From assembly GCA_963770275.1 (NCBI GenBank), contig CAVYPD010000025.1, forward strand, positions 24,452 through 88,451: a stretch of DNA of 64,000 bases, written 5' to 3'. How positions within the stretch are numbered: position 1 is the stretch's first letter; the number at the start of each line of letters is the position of its first letter. The stretch is from an uncultured Alphaproteobacteria bacterium (GTDB lineage Bacteria; Pseudomonadota; Alphaproteobacteria; Rhizobiales; Beijerinckiaceae). The notes under the pieces are model-generated. The model searched no databases. It was not told the DNA's origin and saw only the letters and a list, made by a program, of their open reading frames with translations. Positions 1-9,252 of the stretch are shown piece by piece. The position numbers were made by a program, and so were the translations under genes.

Positions 1-2
1 AT

Positions 3-92
3 GCCGCGATCCAGAACGCGTTCGACGTCCACCGCCCTCTCGTTTCCCGCAATACGCTCCGCGCTCTCAGGGGCGAAGCGTTTCAGAATTGA
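3..92 (+). CDS. 3' end of a gene entering from the left, possibly a D-2-hydroxyacid dehydrogenase C-terminus
   Basis: Frame from nt 3 reads AAIQNAFDVHRPLVSRNTLRALRGEAFQN-stop; loosely resembles dehydrogenase C-termini, but only 29 codons are visible. Confidence 0.25.
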   Translation, partial: AAIQNAFDVHRPLVSRNTLRALRGEAFQN

Positions 93-245
93 GGGGCGGC
101 GCCTGCGACGGCCTGACCAAGAGGCGAGCCCTTCGACTCTCGTTCGGCGGGAACCAAGTTTACGCTACAACCGCCGGCGGCGGATATCTTGCTCCGTGAC
201 GGACCGCAAGATCTATGATCGCAGCCGAAACTCGAGGAGACCGCT

Positions 246-1109
246 ATGCCTACCCTTCGCTCCGACCTCGATTTTGCGATGCCTTTCTCAAACGTCCTAC
301 ACCTTAGCTTCCCAGACAAGATCAAGGCGACTCGGCTGGCGGGTTTCGCCCAGATGTCGATCCAGCCGCAGGAGGTGCTAAAGCTTGCCGGCGAAGGCCT
401 GTCGATCCGGGACATGAAGGCGATCGCCGCAGATGGCGGCGTGGAGATCGCGCGCCTCGATCCGCTCTGCCCTTGGGTCCCCAACTGGAAGCCGACGAAT
501 TTCGGCGCCGACTACGCCACAGCGCATGACGTCTCACCGAAAGTCTTCTTCGATCTTTGCGATGAGATTGGCTGTAAATACATGAGCCTGAACGCCACCT
601 TCCCTGCGACCCGCTACTCGACCGCTCAGATCACGGAATTCTACGCTGCGATCTGTCGCCAGGCGGCTGAGCACGGCGTGACCTGCGATCTCGAATGCAT
701 ACCGATGTGGGGTGTGGTCACCCTGGAACAGGGAACGCAGATCCTCAACGATTCGGGGGTCAGCAATGGCGGATTCGTCTTCGACTGCACGCATTTCACC
801 CGAGGCGGCACGCCGCTGACGATTCTCAGAGACATTCCGGGTCATCTCATTCACTGCGTTCAGGTCTGCGACGGTTATGTGCCGTTGCGGACCGGCATGA
901 CGCTCGAAAAGGAGTGCTTCGAACGGCTGTGGCCGGGCCAAGGCGATTTTGCGATCGCTGCGATGCTGGACACGCTCAACGAAACGAGCGGGCTCACGCA
1001 GATCGGTCCAGAGGTCTTTTCGATCGAGATGGCGACCAAGTCCGCAGAAGAGATCGCCAAGCTGTCACGCGAGTCTCTGCTTCAATACAACGCGCTTACG
1101 CAAGCCTAG
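246..1109 (+). CDS. Sugar phosphate isomerase/epimerase (xylose-isomerase-like TIM barrel)
   Basis: 287 aa; GAGGAG RBS; metal motifs DLECIP, FDCTHF, CVQVCDG, RLWPGQG, GPEVFS. Confidence 0.85.
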   Translation: MPTLRSDLDFAMPFSNVLHLSFPDKIKATRLAGFAQMSIQPQEVLKLAGEGLSIRDMKAIAADGGVEIARLDPLCPWVPNWKPTNFGADYATAHDVSPKVFFDLCDEIGCKYMSLNATFPATRYSTAQITEFYAAICRQAAEHGVTCDLECIPMWGVVTLEQGTQILNDSGVSNGGFVFDCTHFTRGGTPLTILRDIPGHLIHCVQVCDGYVPLRTGMTLEKECFERLWPGQGDFAIAAMLDTLNETSGLTQIGPEVFSIEMATKSAEEIAKLSRESLLQYNALTQA

Positions 1110-1288
1110 CTCTCGAATCGCGCGCGGTGACGGCGCCTCCGGCTCTTCCGCTCCGATCGCCGTCCGCGCAAGCCTCGTCGCTCGCATCAACGAACCTCGG
1201 TATGCCGTAGTAGAAGTTGTCTCCGGGCGCCCTGGGCAGGTTCTCATGGAGAGGAATCAGCCTTTCAGATTTCAGCCAATCAGCGGGC

Positions 1289-1303
1289 GCAAAGACCATG
1301 CCA
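1289..1303 (-). promoter_or_regulatory. sigma54 -24/-12 promoter pointing leftward
   Basis: Minus strand TGGCATGGTCTTTGC has exact GG-N10-GC spacing and is close to consensus TGGCACG-N4-TTGC. Confidence 0.6.
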
Positions 1304-1450
1304 CCGACCCACCGAGCAGGGTGCGTCCCGACACGACATGCGCGGTCTGCGCTCATACACTGTCTGGCGCTGTGCGACCGCGCTCGAAGAGCGGGCCCAG
1401 CCTAGTTCGTCGAGTGAAGGATTCGCGGGGTCTGCATCCACTGCCTCATC

Positions 1451-1485
1451 TGTCGCAGTTGCGACAAGTGTCGCAGAACGCCACA
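1451..1485. promoter_or_regulatory. Tandem palindromic upstream activator sequences for a Fis-HTH enhancer-binding protein
   Basis: TGTCGCA-GT-TGCGACA (1451-1466) followed by TGTCGCA-GAA-CGCCACA (1469-1485); ~150-180 bp upstream of the 1289-1303 promoter. Confidence 0.6.
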
Positions 1486-1544
1486 ACTGATCGAACCGCA
1501 ATCGCCGCCCGGCACAGATGACAGTGCCGACCTATTCCGTCGGC

Positions 1545-2395
1545 TCACGTCCATAAGGCGCCTGAGAAAGCGTAACCCGTCGCTTGCCAAGGCGTCCTGA
1601 GACGCGGCAACCGGCCGCCAAATGCGAACGAACTGAGCAAGATCCGGTATGGACGGATTAAACGCCTCAATGACCAGGAATCCCTCATAGTCGACTTCGC
1701 GAAGAGCTTGTCTCACTTCGTTCCACCTCACTTGCCCGTCACCTGGCGTTCCGCGGTCATTCTCGCTCATATGCATGTGTTTGAGGTGCATTCCGGCCCG
1801 GCGAATGGCCGCTCCGACATCCTTTTCTTCGATCGACATATGAAACGTGTCGAGGTGGATACCAACGGCAGGGTTTCCGATGGCTTCGATAAAGTGAACT
1901 GCATCTTCAGCTATGTTCAAGAAGTCTGATTCAAAGCGGTTGAGCACCTCAATGGCAAGATCCACGCCTCTGCCCTCCGCCGTCTTTGCGACCTCGCGGA
2001 GAGCGGCAGCCGAGTCGGTCACGCTCCTGCGCTCGCGCTGCAGGCGACAAGAATTGCAAGCGGCCAATCTTGGCGTATAGCGGTCCAGCGACGATCTTGG
2101 CGCCGATCGCTTCGGCAGTACCAATCACACTGTTTAGAAATGAGATGCCTCGGTCGCGGACCTCCTTATTGGCGCTCGACAAGTCGTGCTCGGGCGTCAA
2201 CGACGCGCTAACACTGCATTGGAGGCCTGCGTCTCGTATCCGCTTCCGTACTTGGCTCGCGTCAAAACGCGGCTCAGCAGAAGTCACGAGAATTTCGATC
2301 ACGTCGAAGCCTATTGCGGCGACCTTGTCGATGAGCGGCAAGTGCTCCTGGGTGAAGTCCCCAGCCCAGATCATCGTGTTTGCGCCGATTTTCAT
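1545..2395 (-). CDS. Ketose 3-epimerase (D-tagatose/D-psicose/L-ribulose 3-epimerase family), frameshifted near 2020
   Basis: N-part MKIGANTMIW...GPLYA (ORF 1949-2395) joins C-part with EVLNRFE, LDTFH, HMSENDRG, VIEAF (ORF 1402-2124); AGGAGG RBS; true stop probably ~1545 (second indel), otherwise 1402. Confidence 0.85.
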
Positions 2396-2449
2396 ACCTC
2401 TTTCCTCCTGGGATCAGACTTGCCCCGCTGAAACTCCGGTTGAATTGGC

Positions 2450-2464
2450 GCAACGTTCGTGCCG
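2450..2464 (-). promoter_or_regulatory. sigma54 promoter of the epimerase gene
   Basis: Minus strand CGGCACGAACGTTGC, GG-N10-GC, ~55 nt upstream of the start codon. Confidence 0.65.
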
Positions 2465-2518
2465 ACCAACGACTAGCGCGGATCGACGCGCCATCTCGCG
2501 GAGTTCGCGCCCGAGCGC

Positions 2519-2543
2519 GCGACACGTGTCTCGACATGCGACA
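2519..2543. promoter_or_regulatory. Upstream activator sequence shared by divergent sigma54 promoters
   Basis: GCGACA-CG-TGTCTCG-ACA-TGCGACA; same motif and tandem arrangement as 1451-1485. Confidence 0.6.
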
Positions 2544-2625
2544 AACGGCCGGCCAAGCGCGCAAGCAGCCCGCAAATCGGCTGCTACATCCGAAATTCCT
2601 TGCGCGTTGGTTGCGTCGCTTTCAA

Positions 2626-2640
2626 TGGCATGCGAATTGC
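2626..2640 (+). promoter_or_regulatory. sigma54 promoter of the sugar ABC operon
   Basis: TGGCATGCGAATTGC, GG-N10-GC, ~55 nt upstream of the start codon. Confidence 0.7.
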
Positions 2641-2695
2641 GGTTTAAGGCGTGTGCGGTGTTAATCCGCTGCAGAAAACTAACAGGAGACATGGG

Positions 2696-3724
2696 ATGAA
2701 ACGTCATGATCGTGAAAGTGTGGGGGTCGTTCATAGGCGGATCCTTCTCGGGACCGTAATGGTCGCCAGCTTGGGCCTGATTTCGATCGGTAGCGCTGCT
2801 CGCGCGGAAGACGCCAAGTTCGCCAAGAAATCTCCGCTGACTCTGGGATACAGCATACAGTCCGCCCAGGATCCCTATTGGAAGGGCTATGTGCGCGGCA
2901 TCGAAGAGGAAATGAAAAAATACGGCTTCACCAAATTGCTGACCCAGGATAGCCAGGCGTCAGCGCAGAAGCAGGTCTCAGGCAGCCTGGCTTTAATCAA
3001 CAACGGGATTAGCGCGTTAATTATCTCGCCGCATGAACCGAGCGCATTGCCCGCGACCATTACTGCGGCTCACAACGAAAAAATTCCGGTAATCGTTGGC
3101 GACGTCGGCGCCTCAGGCGACCATGACGGCTTTGTGCTTTCGGACAACTATCAAGGCGGGGTGCTCGCCGCGGACTTCATTATGAAGGCTTTGGCCTCCA
3201 AGCCCGGCGTACAGGAAGTCGCAGCGATCGCGCTAAATCCCACCACGTCAGTGAATAAGCCGCGTTCGGATGGTTTCACTGAAACGATCGCCAAAAACCC
3301 GAACTTCAAGGTTGTGGCCAACATCTCGGGTTTGCAGACTCTGGAAGGCGGCTTCAAGGCGGCACAGGCCATTCTTGCCGCAAACCCAAAGGTAGCGGCA
3401 ATCTATTCCATGAATGATTCCATGGCGGCTGGCGCTCAGCAAGCCATTGAACAGGCTGGCCGCAATTCTCTTACGGATCCGATACTTGTTGGTTTTAATG
3501 GCGATGAGGTCGCGCTCAAGCTAATGGCCGAAGGAAAACTGGCCGCTGACGTCGCTCAGAGCCCTTACCAGCAAGGAAAAGTTGCGGTCGATCTCGCCTG
3601 GAGCCTGCTGAACGGCGAAAAACCCACTTATACCGACGCCGCGACCAAGACCGTAAACGTGCCGGTGGAATTGGTCGTGCCCAGTTCGCTCAAGGAATAT
3701 CAGGACCGAACTCAGCCCAAGTAG
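2696..3724 (+). CDS. Monosaccharide ABC transporter substrate-binding protein (RbsB-like)
   Basis: Signal peptide ending ARA; DPYW, SDNYQGG, MNDSMAAGA, VGFNG, VAQSPYQQG motifs. Confidence 0.9.
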   Translation: MKRHDRESVGVVHRRILLGTVMVASLGLISIGSAARAEDAKFAKKSPLTLGYSIQSAQDPYWKGYVRGIEEEMKKYGFTKLLTQDSQASAQKQVSGSLALINNGISALIISPHEPSALPATITAAHNEKIPVIVGDVGASGDHDGFVLSDNYQGGVLAADFIMKALASKPGVQEVAAIALNPTTSVNKPRSDGFTETIAKNPNFKVVANISGLQTLEGGFKAAQAILAANPKVAAIYSMNDSMAAGAQQAIEQAGRNSLTDPILVGFNGDEVALKLMAEGKLAADVAQSPYQQGKVAVDLAWSLLNGEKPTYTDAATKTVNVPVELVVPSSLKEYQDRTQPK

Positions 3725-3765
3725 TCTGGCTGCGACTCGCTTTATCGCGGGATTGCGGATGCATT

Positions 3766-3803
3766 TGGCCCCTCGCCGCACAAATCGTTGCGGTGAGGGG
3801 CCA
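3766..3803 (+). terminator. 15-bp stem-loop after the binding-protein gene (mRNA stabiliser or partial terminator)
   Basis: TGGCCCCTCGCCGCA-8 nt loop-TGCGGTGAGGGGCCA, one G-U pair, short T tail. Confidence 0.6.
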
Positions 3804-3908
3804 TTTCCCGGGCTGTTTCGTGAGCGACGCGAACTGCTGCTCACTGATCTTTCAAATGTGACCGTCAGATCTCCGTTCCGCTGAGACGATCGCCGGAGTT
3901 GAGCCAGA

Positions 3909-5504
3909 ATGGCCGAGAATACATTGGTGGTGAGACGCGAAAGCACTGGCGTACCTGCACTGCGCGCCACCGGTATGCGCAAACAGTTCGGCGGGATTGA
4001 AGTGCTCCACGGCGTGGACCTCGAGCTGAGACCCGGTGAAGTGCACGCCTTGCTTGGGGAAAACGGCGCGGGCAAGAGCACCATTATCAATATGCTGTCC
4101 GGCCGACTGTCCCCAGACGCCGGGCGACTGGAACTGAACGGCGAAAGGATCGAATTCAAGAATCCGCTGTCAGCTCGAAGGGCTGGCATTTCGATGATCG
4201 CGCAAGAGCTTGAAGTCGTGCCGACGATGTCGATCGTCGAGAATATTTTTCTTGGCGCAGAGCCGTCCTGGTACGGTCTGATTCAGTGGGGCGACGCCCG
4301 ACGGAAGGTCACCTCCGTCTTGAAGGAACTTGGCGTCAACGCGGAGCCGGGCCGCATCGTCGGCTCGATGAGCGTCGCGGACCAGCAGCTCGTCGAAATC
4401 GCAAAAGCGATCGTTGGTGACTTTCACGTACTCATCATGGATGAGCCGACCTCGGCTTTGAACCTTCAAGATACGGAGCGCCTTTTCAAGATCGTCAGGC
4501 GCCTTAAGGCGGACGGAGTCGCGATCCTGTACGTGTCTCACCGGCTCTGGGAGGTGTTCGACCTTGCGGACCGAGTGACAGTTTTAAGAGACGGAAATCT
4601 TGTCGCCTCAAGCCTCATCGCGGAGACCGATATCACGACGGTCATTCGAGCAATGCTCGGGAACAAGAGCTCCCTGATAGCCAATGCTGAACGTCCCCGG
4701 AAATCGGCAGCCGACACAAAAGAGAAGACGCCGACGCTGAGCCTTGACTCAGTCGACTCGGGAACATTGCTCCGAAACATTAGCTTGAGCGTTCATGATG
4801 GAGAGATCGTCGGCCTAGCCGGCGTGTTGGGATCGGGGCGAGCAGAACTCTGCGAAGCAATCTATGGCCTCCGCCCGATCGACCGAGGCACATTGAGCCT
4901 AAACGGCGCTCCGACGGACCTCAACGAGCCTAAGGCGTCGCTGGCTAACGGCGTGTTTCTCCTGCCTGAAGACCGCAAGTCCGAAGGTGTCTTCGGGCAT
5001 CTTGACGTGCGGGAAAACGTCGTCCTCGGTTACAATCCAGCGACCGATCCGGCCGCCGTCAAAATTGCTTCCACAACCACAAATCGCTCTTCATGGCGTC
5101 TCGCCGGAGCGGCGCCGATACCAGCTCCCGCGGAGCGTCGTGCTTTTGACGCAATGCGAGCGGCGCTCGGGATCAAATGCTCAGGCCCGTCCTCCAACAT
5201 TTCGCACCTCAGCGGAGGCAATCAGCAGAAGGCCCTCTTCGCTCGCGGCGCATTGTCGCATCCCAACGTGATGGTTCTTTCTGAACCTACACGCGGTGTC
5301 GACGTTGGTGCGAAAGAAGAGATTTATTCAGCTATCGATTCCTTCGCAGCTCGCGGCGTCGCCATCATCGTAGCCTCGTCGGAGATCAGCGAACTTCTTC
5401 GTTTGGCGAGTCGCATCTATGTGCTGAGATCCGGACGCATTGCAGCTGAGGTAGAGACCACTTCGACAACCGAAGAGCAAGTCTTGAAACTGATGGCCGG
5501 TTGA
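3909..5504 (+). CDS. Sugar ABC transporter ATP-binding protein (RbsA/MglA, two NBDs)
   Basis: GENGAGKS, MDEPTSAL, PEDRKSEG, LSGGNQQK, EPTRGVDVGAK. Confidence 0.95.
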   Translation: MAENTLVVRRESTGVPALRATGMRKQFGGIEVLHGVDLELRPGEVHALLGENGAGKSTIINMLSGRLSPDAGRLELNGERIEFKNPLSARRAGISMIAQELEVVPTMSIVENIFLGAEPSWYGLIQWGDARRKVTSVLKELGVNAEPGRIVGSMSVADQQLVEIAKAIVGDFHVLIMDEPTSALNLQDTERLFKIVRRLKADGVAILYVSHRLWEVFDLADRVTVLRDGNLVASSLIAETDITTVIRAMLGNKSSLIANAERPRKSAADTKEKTPTLSLDSVDSGTLLRNISLSVHDGEIVGLAGVLGSGRAELCEAIYGLRPIDRGTLSLNGAPTDLNEPKASLANGVFLLPEDRKSEGVFGHLDVRENVVLGYNPATDPAAVKIASTTTNRSSWRLAGAAPIPAPAERRAFDAMRAALGIKCSGPSSNISHLSGGNQQKALFARGALSHPNVMVLSEPTRGVDVGAKEEIYSAIDSFAARGVAIIVASSEISELLRLASRIYVLRSGRIAAEVETTSTTEEQVLKLMAG

Positions 5505-5523
5505 TAGTCATTCGGGCGGGACA

Positions 5524-6484
5524 ATGTTAAAAAAACTTCTTTCATCAGAGTCTAGCGGCCTCGATCATTGCCTTAGTAGGCGTGGTCATTGTTTTCACGC
5601 TTATCAACAATCGATTTCTGACGCGCCTGAATATCGAAGGAATCATTGTTAGCGCCTCGATTTCAGCGATCGTCGGCCTTGGAATGACCCTGATTATCGC
5701 TATGCGCGCTCTCGATCTTTCGGTCGGATCGATCATGGGTTTTTCTGCAATAAGTGGAGCTCTCCTGCTGTCCCATGGCATTCCGCTCGCATTTGTAGTC
5801 GCGATCGCCCTAGCTGTTGGGGGGGCTCTCGGATTCATTAATAGCCAACTGATTAATTTACTTCGCCTTCCGTCCTTCGTCGCCACCCTAGCGACATTAT
5901 CGATGATCTTGGGAGGAGAGCTTCTTATCACTGATGGAGCTACGGTTACTATCAGAAATAGCGTATATAGTAAACTTGTGATTGGGAGGTTATTTGGCGT
6001 TGTCCCGTGGGCCGCTGTCATTGCTGCTGTTGTCTTTGCGATCGTTTGGATTATTTTTCATTGGACTCCTTTTGGAAGGCACATTGCTGCTATCGGAGGC
6101 GATCTGCGGGCCGCGGCAGGCGCCGGCATCAACGTGAAGGCGGTCACCGTGGGCGTATTTACGCTCGCCGGGGTCTTAGCTGCGCTGGCGGGTCTGATGG
6201 TGGCCGGAATGCTCCAAAATGCTGACTCCACGGTTGGGGTGGGTGCGGAGCTGACGGCAATCGCCGTGGTCGTAGTCGGCGGCACAAGTTTAATGGGCGG
6301 CCGCGGCAATCTGATCGGCACCGTTTGCGCCGCATTTCTCCTGGCGTCCGTCAAGGCTGGTCTCAATATCGCAAACGTTTCCTCGAAATATGAGGGACTA
6401 GTGTTTGGAGGAATCTTGATCATTGCTTTGATGGCCGACGGGCTTCGCCGGGGTGCGCGCCGCAAGGGCATGCTTGTGGTCTAG
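5524..6484 (+). CDS. Sugar ABC transporter permease (RbsC-like), 1-nt indel near 5562
   Basis: ATG 5524 (MLKKLLSSESSGL) shifts into ORF 5582-6484; LDLSVGS, PSFVATL, IAVVVVGGTSLMGGRG. Confidence 0.9.
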
Positions 6485-6506
6485 ACCTCAAAAGGGAGGG
6501 TCTATC

Positions 6507-7520
6507 TTGTCGAGCGCGTTAGACAACGGGGTCGTTGCTGAGACTTTGGCGCAGTTCCGCACCCATATCCGCATAAGGGGAGACCGGACTGGCGTCTGGA
6601 TTCTCAATATTATTATCTTGATCTTTTTGTTCTGTTGGGCCCCTAATTTCTTTAACGCAGGCAACATCCACGCCGTGCTCAATGATGCGTCAATTCTCGG
6701 TATTGGCGCTGCTGGCATGACAATTCTTATCATGGCTGGCGCCTTCGACCTGTCCGTGACAGCGATTATGGGCTTGGCGCCAATAGTTGCTTTGTTGCTC
6801 GCCGGTAATTTGGCCGGGCCTCTCATCGTGCTTATCTCCATACTTACTGGCGCAGTACTTGGAGCGATCAACGGTCTTATAATTACTCGGGGGAACGTTG
6901 CGCCGTTCGTAGCAACGCTCGGGACTCTTTTTGCGTTTGGGTCGATTGGAGCTGTAATCACTGACGGCAACGCGGTTTACGTTCAAAGCCCGTTCGTATT
7001 GGAGCTGGCTGGAGGGAAGGTATGGGGTCTAATTCCATATAGTTTCTTGATATTACTGGTCGTTTGCGCAATGTGCTGGTTAGTTTTGAGACGACTACAC
7101 ATGGGACGTTGGGTACGGGCCGCCGGCAGCAATATCCGCGCCGCTCACGTAAGCGGCATCGATCTTCAGTGGGTTTATTTGTTTCTATTTGTCGCCTCAG
7201 GCGCCCTTACAGGCCTCGCCGGAATTATTTTGACAGGGTATCTCTCGTCGGCAGTGGCCACGCAGGCGCCCAACTACAATTTGAACGCTATTGCAGCCGT
7301 CGTCGTTGGTGGAACCAGCCTTCGCGGCGGCGAAGGAACACTCTTGGGGACGGTATTGGCGGCATGGCTGTTTGCCATGGTCAACAACGGGCTGATCCTT
7401 GTGGGGGTCAATTCCTATTGGCAGTACCTGGCGACCGGCGTGATCCTTGTTCTTGCTCTTGCGCTCGGCATGGTTAGCTCTGGCAACTACTTTTCGACCC
7501 GCGCACAATCACGGGACTGA
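6507..7520 (+). CDS. Second sugar ABC transporter permease
   Basis: GGGAGG RBS before TTG 6507; FDLSV, PFVATLG, AIAAVVVGGTSLRGGEG. Confidence 0.9.
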   Translation: MSSALDNGVVAETLAQFRTHIRIRGDRTGVWILNIIILIFLFCWAPNFFNAGNIHAVLNDASILGIGAAGMTILIMAGAFDLSVTAIMGLAPIVALLLAGNLAGPLIVLISILTGAVLGAINGLIITRGNVAPFVATLGTLFAFGSIGAVITDGNAVYVQSPFVLELAGGKVWGLIPYSFLILLVVCAMCWLVLRRLHMGRWVRAAGSNIRAAHVSGIDLQWVYLFLFVASGALTGLAGIILTGYLSSAVATQAPNYNLNAIAAVVVGGTSLRGGEGTLLGTVLAAWLFAMVNNGLILVGVNSYWQYLATGVILVLALALGMVSSGNYFSTRAQSRD

Positions 7521-7733
7521 GAGCGGGGAGGAGGAGAAACAGACATCGACCGTGGCCCATTGGGGCTGGCGTTGCGATCGCTTCCTGGCAGGAACCGTTA
7601 GGCAACAAGCAGCGCTCGCGGCGAGGTCCGTTTTGAGCATTAAGGAGCTATGGTGGCCTCCCAGGGCATGACAACCTTCCGAAAAATGCAGTGGGCTTCT
7701 CAACAGCATGGCCCGGTTTGGAGGAACGTGCCA

Positions 7734-8050
7734 ATGGCAGACACGCAGCTGGAACGAAGCCTTCGCGCATGGGAGCGTTTTTTTGCGACGGGAGACGTTG
7801 AGGCTGCGGATGTACGCGACGAGATCTTGAGGTCTTGGAAACGCTGCCACGAAGCGGGCCTCGACCCTCTGGGCTCCTGCCGTTCCGCTCAAGCAGAACC
7901 GGGACGAATTGTCGGAGACGTTAAAGAGGAACGGTGCGTATATTGAAGCGGCGTCGCCATTTATGCGCTTCCTTGGTTCCGCAGTCCGAGGAACTGGGTT
8001 CATTCTGGTGCTCACGGACGCCGCCGGAATCGTGCTTGAGTCGTTCGCCT
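7734..8050 (+). pseudogene. Truncated AcoR/DhaR-type sigma54 activator (N-terminal GAF part only)
   Basis: GGAGG RBS; AWERFF...VRDEILRSWKRCHEAGLDP then ILVLTDAAGIVLE; similarity stops abruptly at ~8050, with no GAFTGA/AAA+ or HTH. Confidence 0.8.
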
Positions 8051-8276
8051 TTGCGGGTTGGGCTTTCGTCGAGCTGTTATTGAAACGCGGTCAGTTCCGC
8101 CGGCATTGTTACATGAACCGTTTTTTACTGCTCATTACTTGCTTTACCGCTGGACTCTGATTCAATAAATTCAATGACTTAGCAAGTCGACACGACGCGG
8201 CGGGGAGCCTCTTCTTGCCAGACGTGACAACGCCGCCGCCTGATACCACCGCCAGACGGCGCTCTGATGGCTCGGA

Positions 8277-8292
8277 TGGCACGACATTTGCT
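8277..8292 (+). promoter_or_regulatory. Consensus sigma54 promoter upstream of the GntR-led cluster
   Basis: TGGCACG-ACAT-TTGCT, perfect consensus; IHF-like ATTCAATGACTTA ~100 bp upstream (8169-8181). Confidence 0.7.
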
Positions 8293-8511
8293 TCCCTAGG
8301 TCTTAAGAGGGTGCCGCGGAAGATCATGCAGTCAGCGACCTCGACGATCGGCGCGCGTTTACTGGGCGGCGAATTTGATTGAGATCGGTGATTGGGCTGG
8401 CTGCCGCTTTTCGATCGCCGAAAGCTTGACTTGGATTATTTTCTGTCCACAGTCTGCAATTGTAGCCAAAAGAGCAAGCTCGGGCTGCCCAAGATTTCAG
8501 CGTGGGAGGGA

Positions 8512-9252
8512 GTGATTTCATTCTTCGAGACGCTGAGTCTGTCGGAACAGGTCCGCAACTTCCTGTTAAAGGAAATGACGTCTGGCCGTCTTAAGCCTGG
8601 CGGTCGCGTCAACGAAGCGGAACTGGCTCGGAAATTGGGCATCAGCCGCAACCCGATCCGGGAGGCTATCTCCGGTCTTGCTCAAAGAGGCTACCTCATC
8701 TCGTCGCCTCGCCGCGGGCACCGTATGCGCGTGCTTACGGTGCAGGACATCGACGACGTCTTCTCGTTCCGCATCTGCGTCGAATCGTTCGCGATCGAGC
8801 AGTCTATCCCGCGCATGACTAAGCGCGATCTGGTCGGTCTGCGCGCCATCCAAAACCGGATGTTCGAAGCTGCGGCGGATAACAATGTCACCGGCATGCG
8901 CGAGGCGGATGTCGCCTTGCATCGGGGGATCTGCGAACTATCCGGTAACCGCCAGACCCTCCTGGCTCATGAGGCGATCGACACCGAAGTGCAGATCCTC
9001 ATCGCCTGTGTGGATCTCGAACTCGAGAGCCTGGCCTTCACGGCGGCTGCCCATCTGCCGATCGTGGAGGCTCTTGAGGCTCGCGATGCTGCTCGCGCTG
9101 TCGCGGCGATGCAACATCACCTCAGGACCACATGGGCCGGCGTGCATGCGATGCATCGTCGAGCAGGGGTTTTAGAGGCTGCGTCCTACGCCGGCGAGGA
9201 GCGCCGCCGCCCGGCGCTCAGCGGGTCTTTTCAAATTGGAGGAGAGCGATGA
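8512..9252 (+). CDS. GntR-family (FCD) transcriptional regulator
   Basis: LSEQV...LKPGGRVNEAELARKLGISRNPIREAI wHTH plus FCD (DVALH, H...EAL...D...HL); start uncertain (8392 or 8512). Confidence 0.9.
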   Translation: MISFFETLSLSEQVRNFLLKEMTSGRLKPGGRVNEAELARKLGISRNPIREAISGLAQRGYLISSPRRGHRMRVLTVQDIDDVFSFRICVESFAIEQSIPRMTKRDLVGLRAIQNRMFEAAADNNVTGMREADVALHRGICELSGNRQTLLAHEAIDTEVQILIACVDLELESLAFTAAAHLPIVEALEARDAARAVAAMQHHLRTTWAGVHAMHRRAGVLEAASYAGEERRRPALSGSFQIGGER

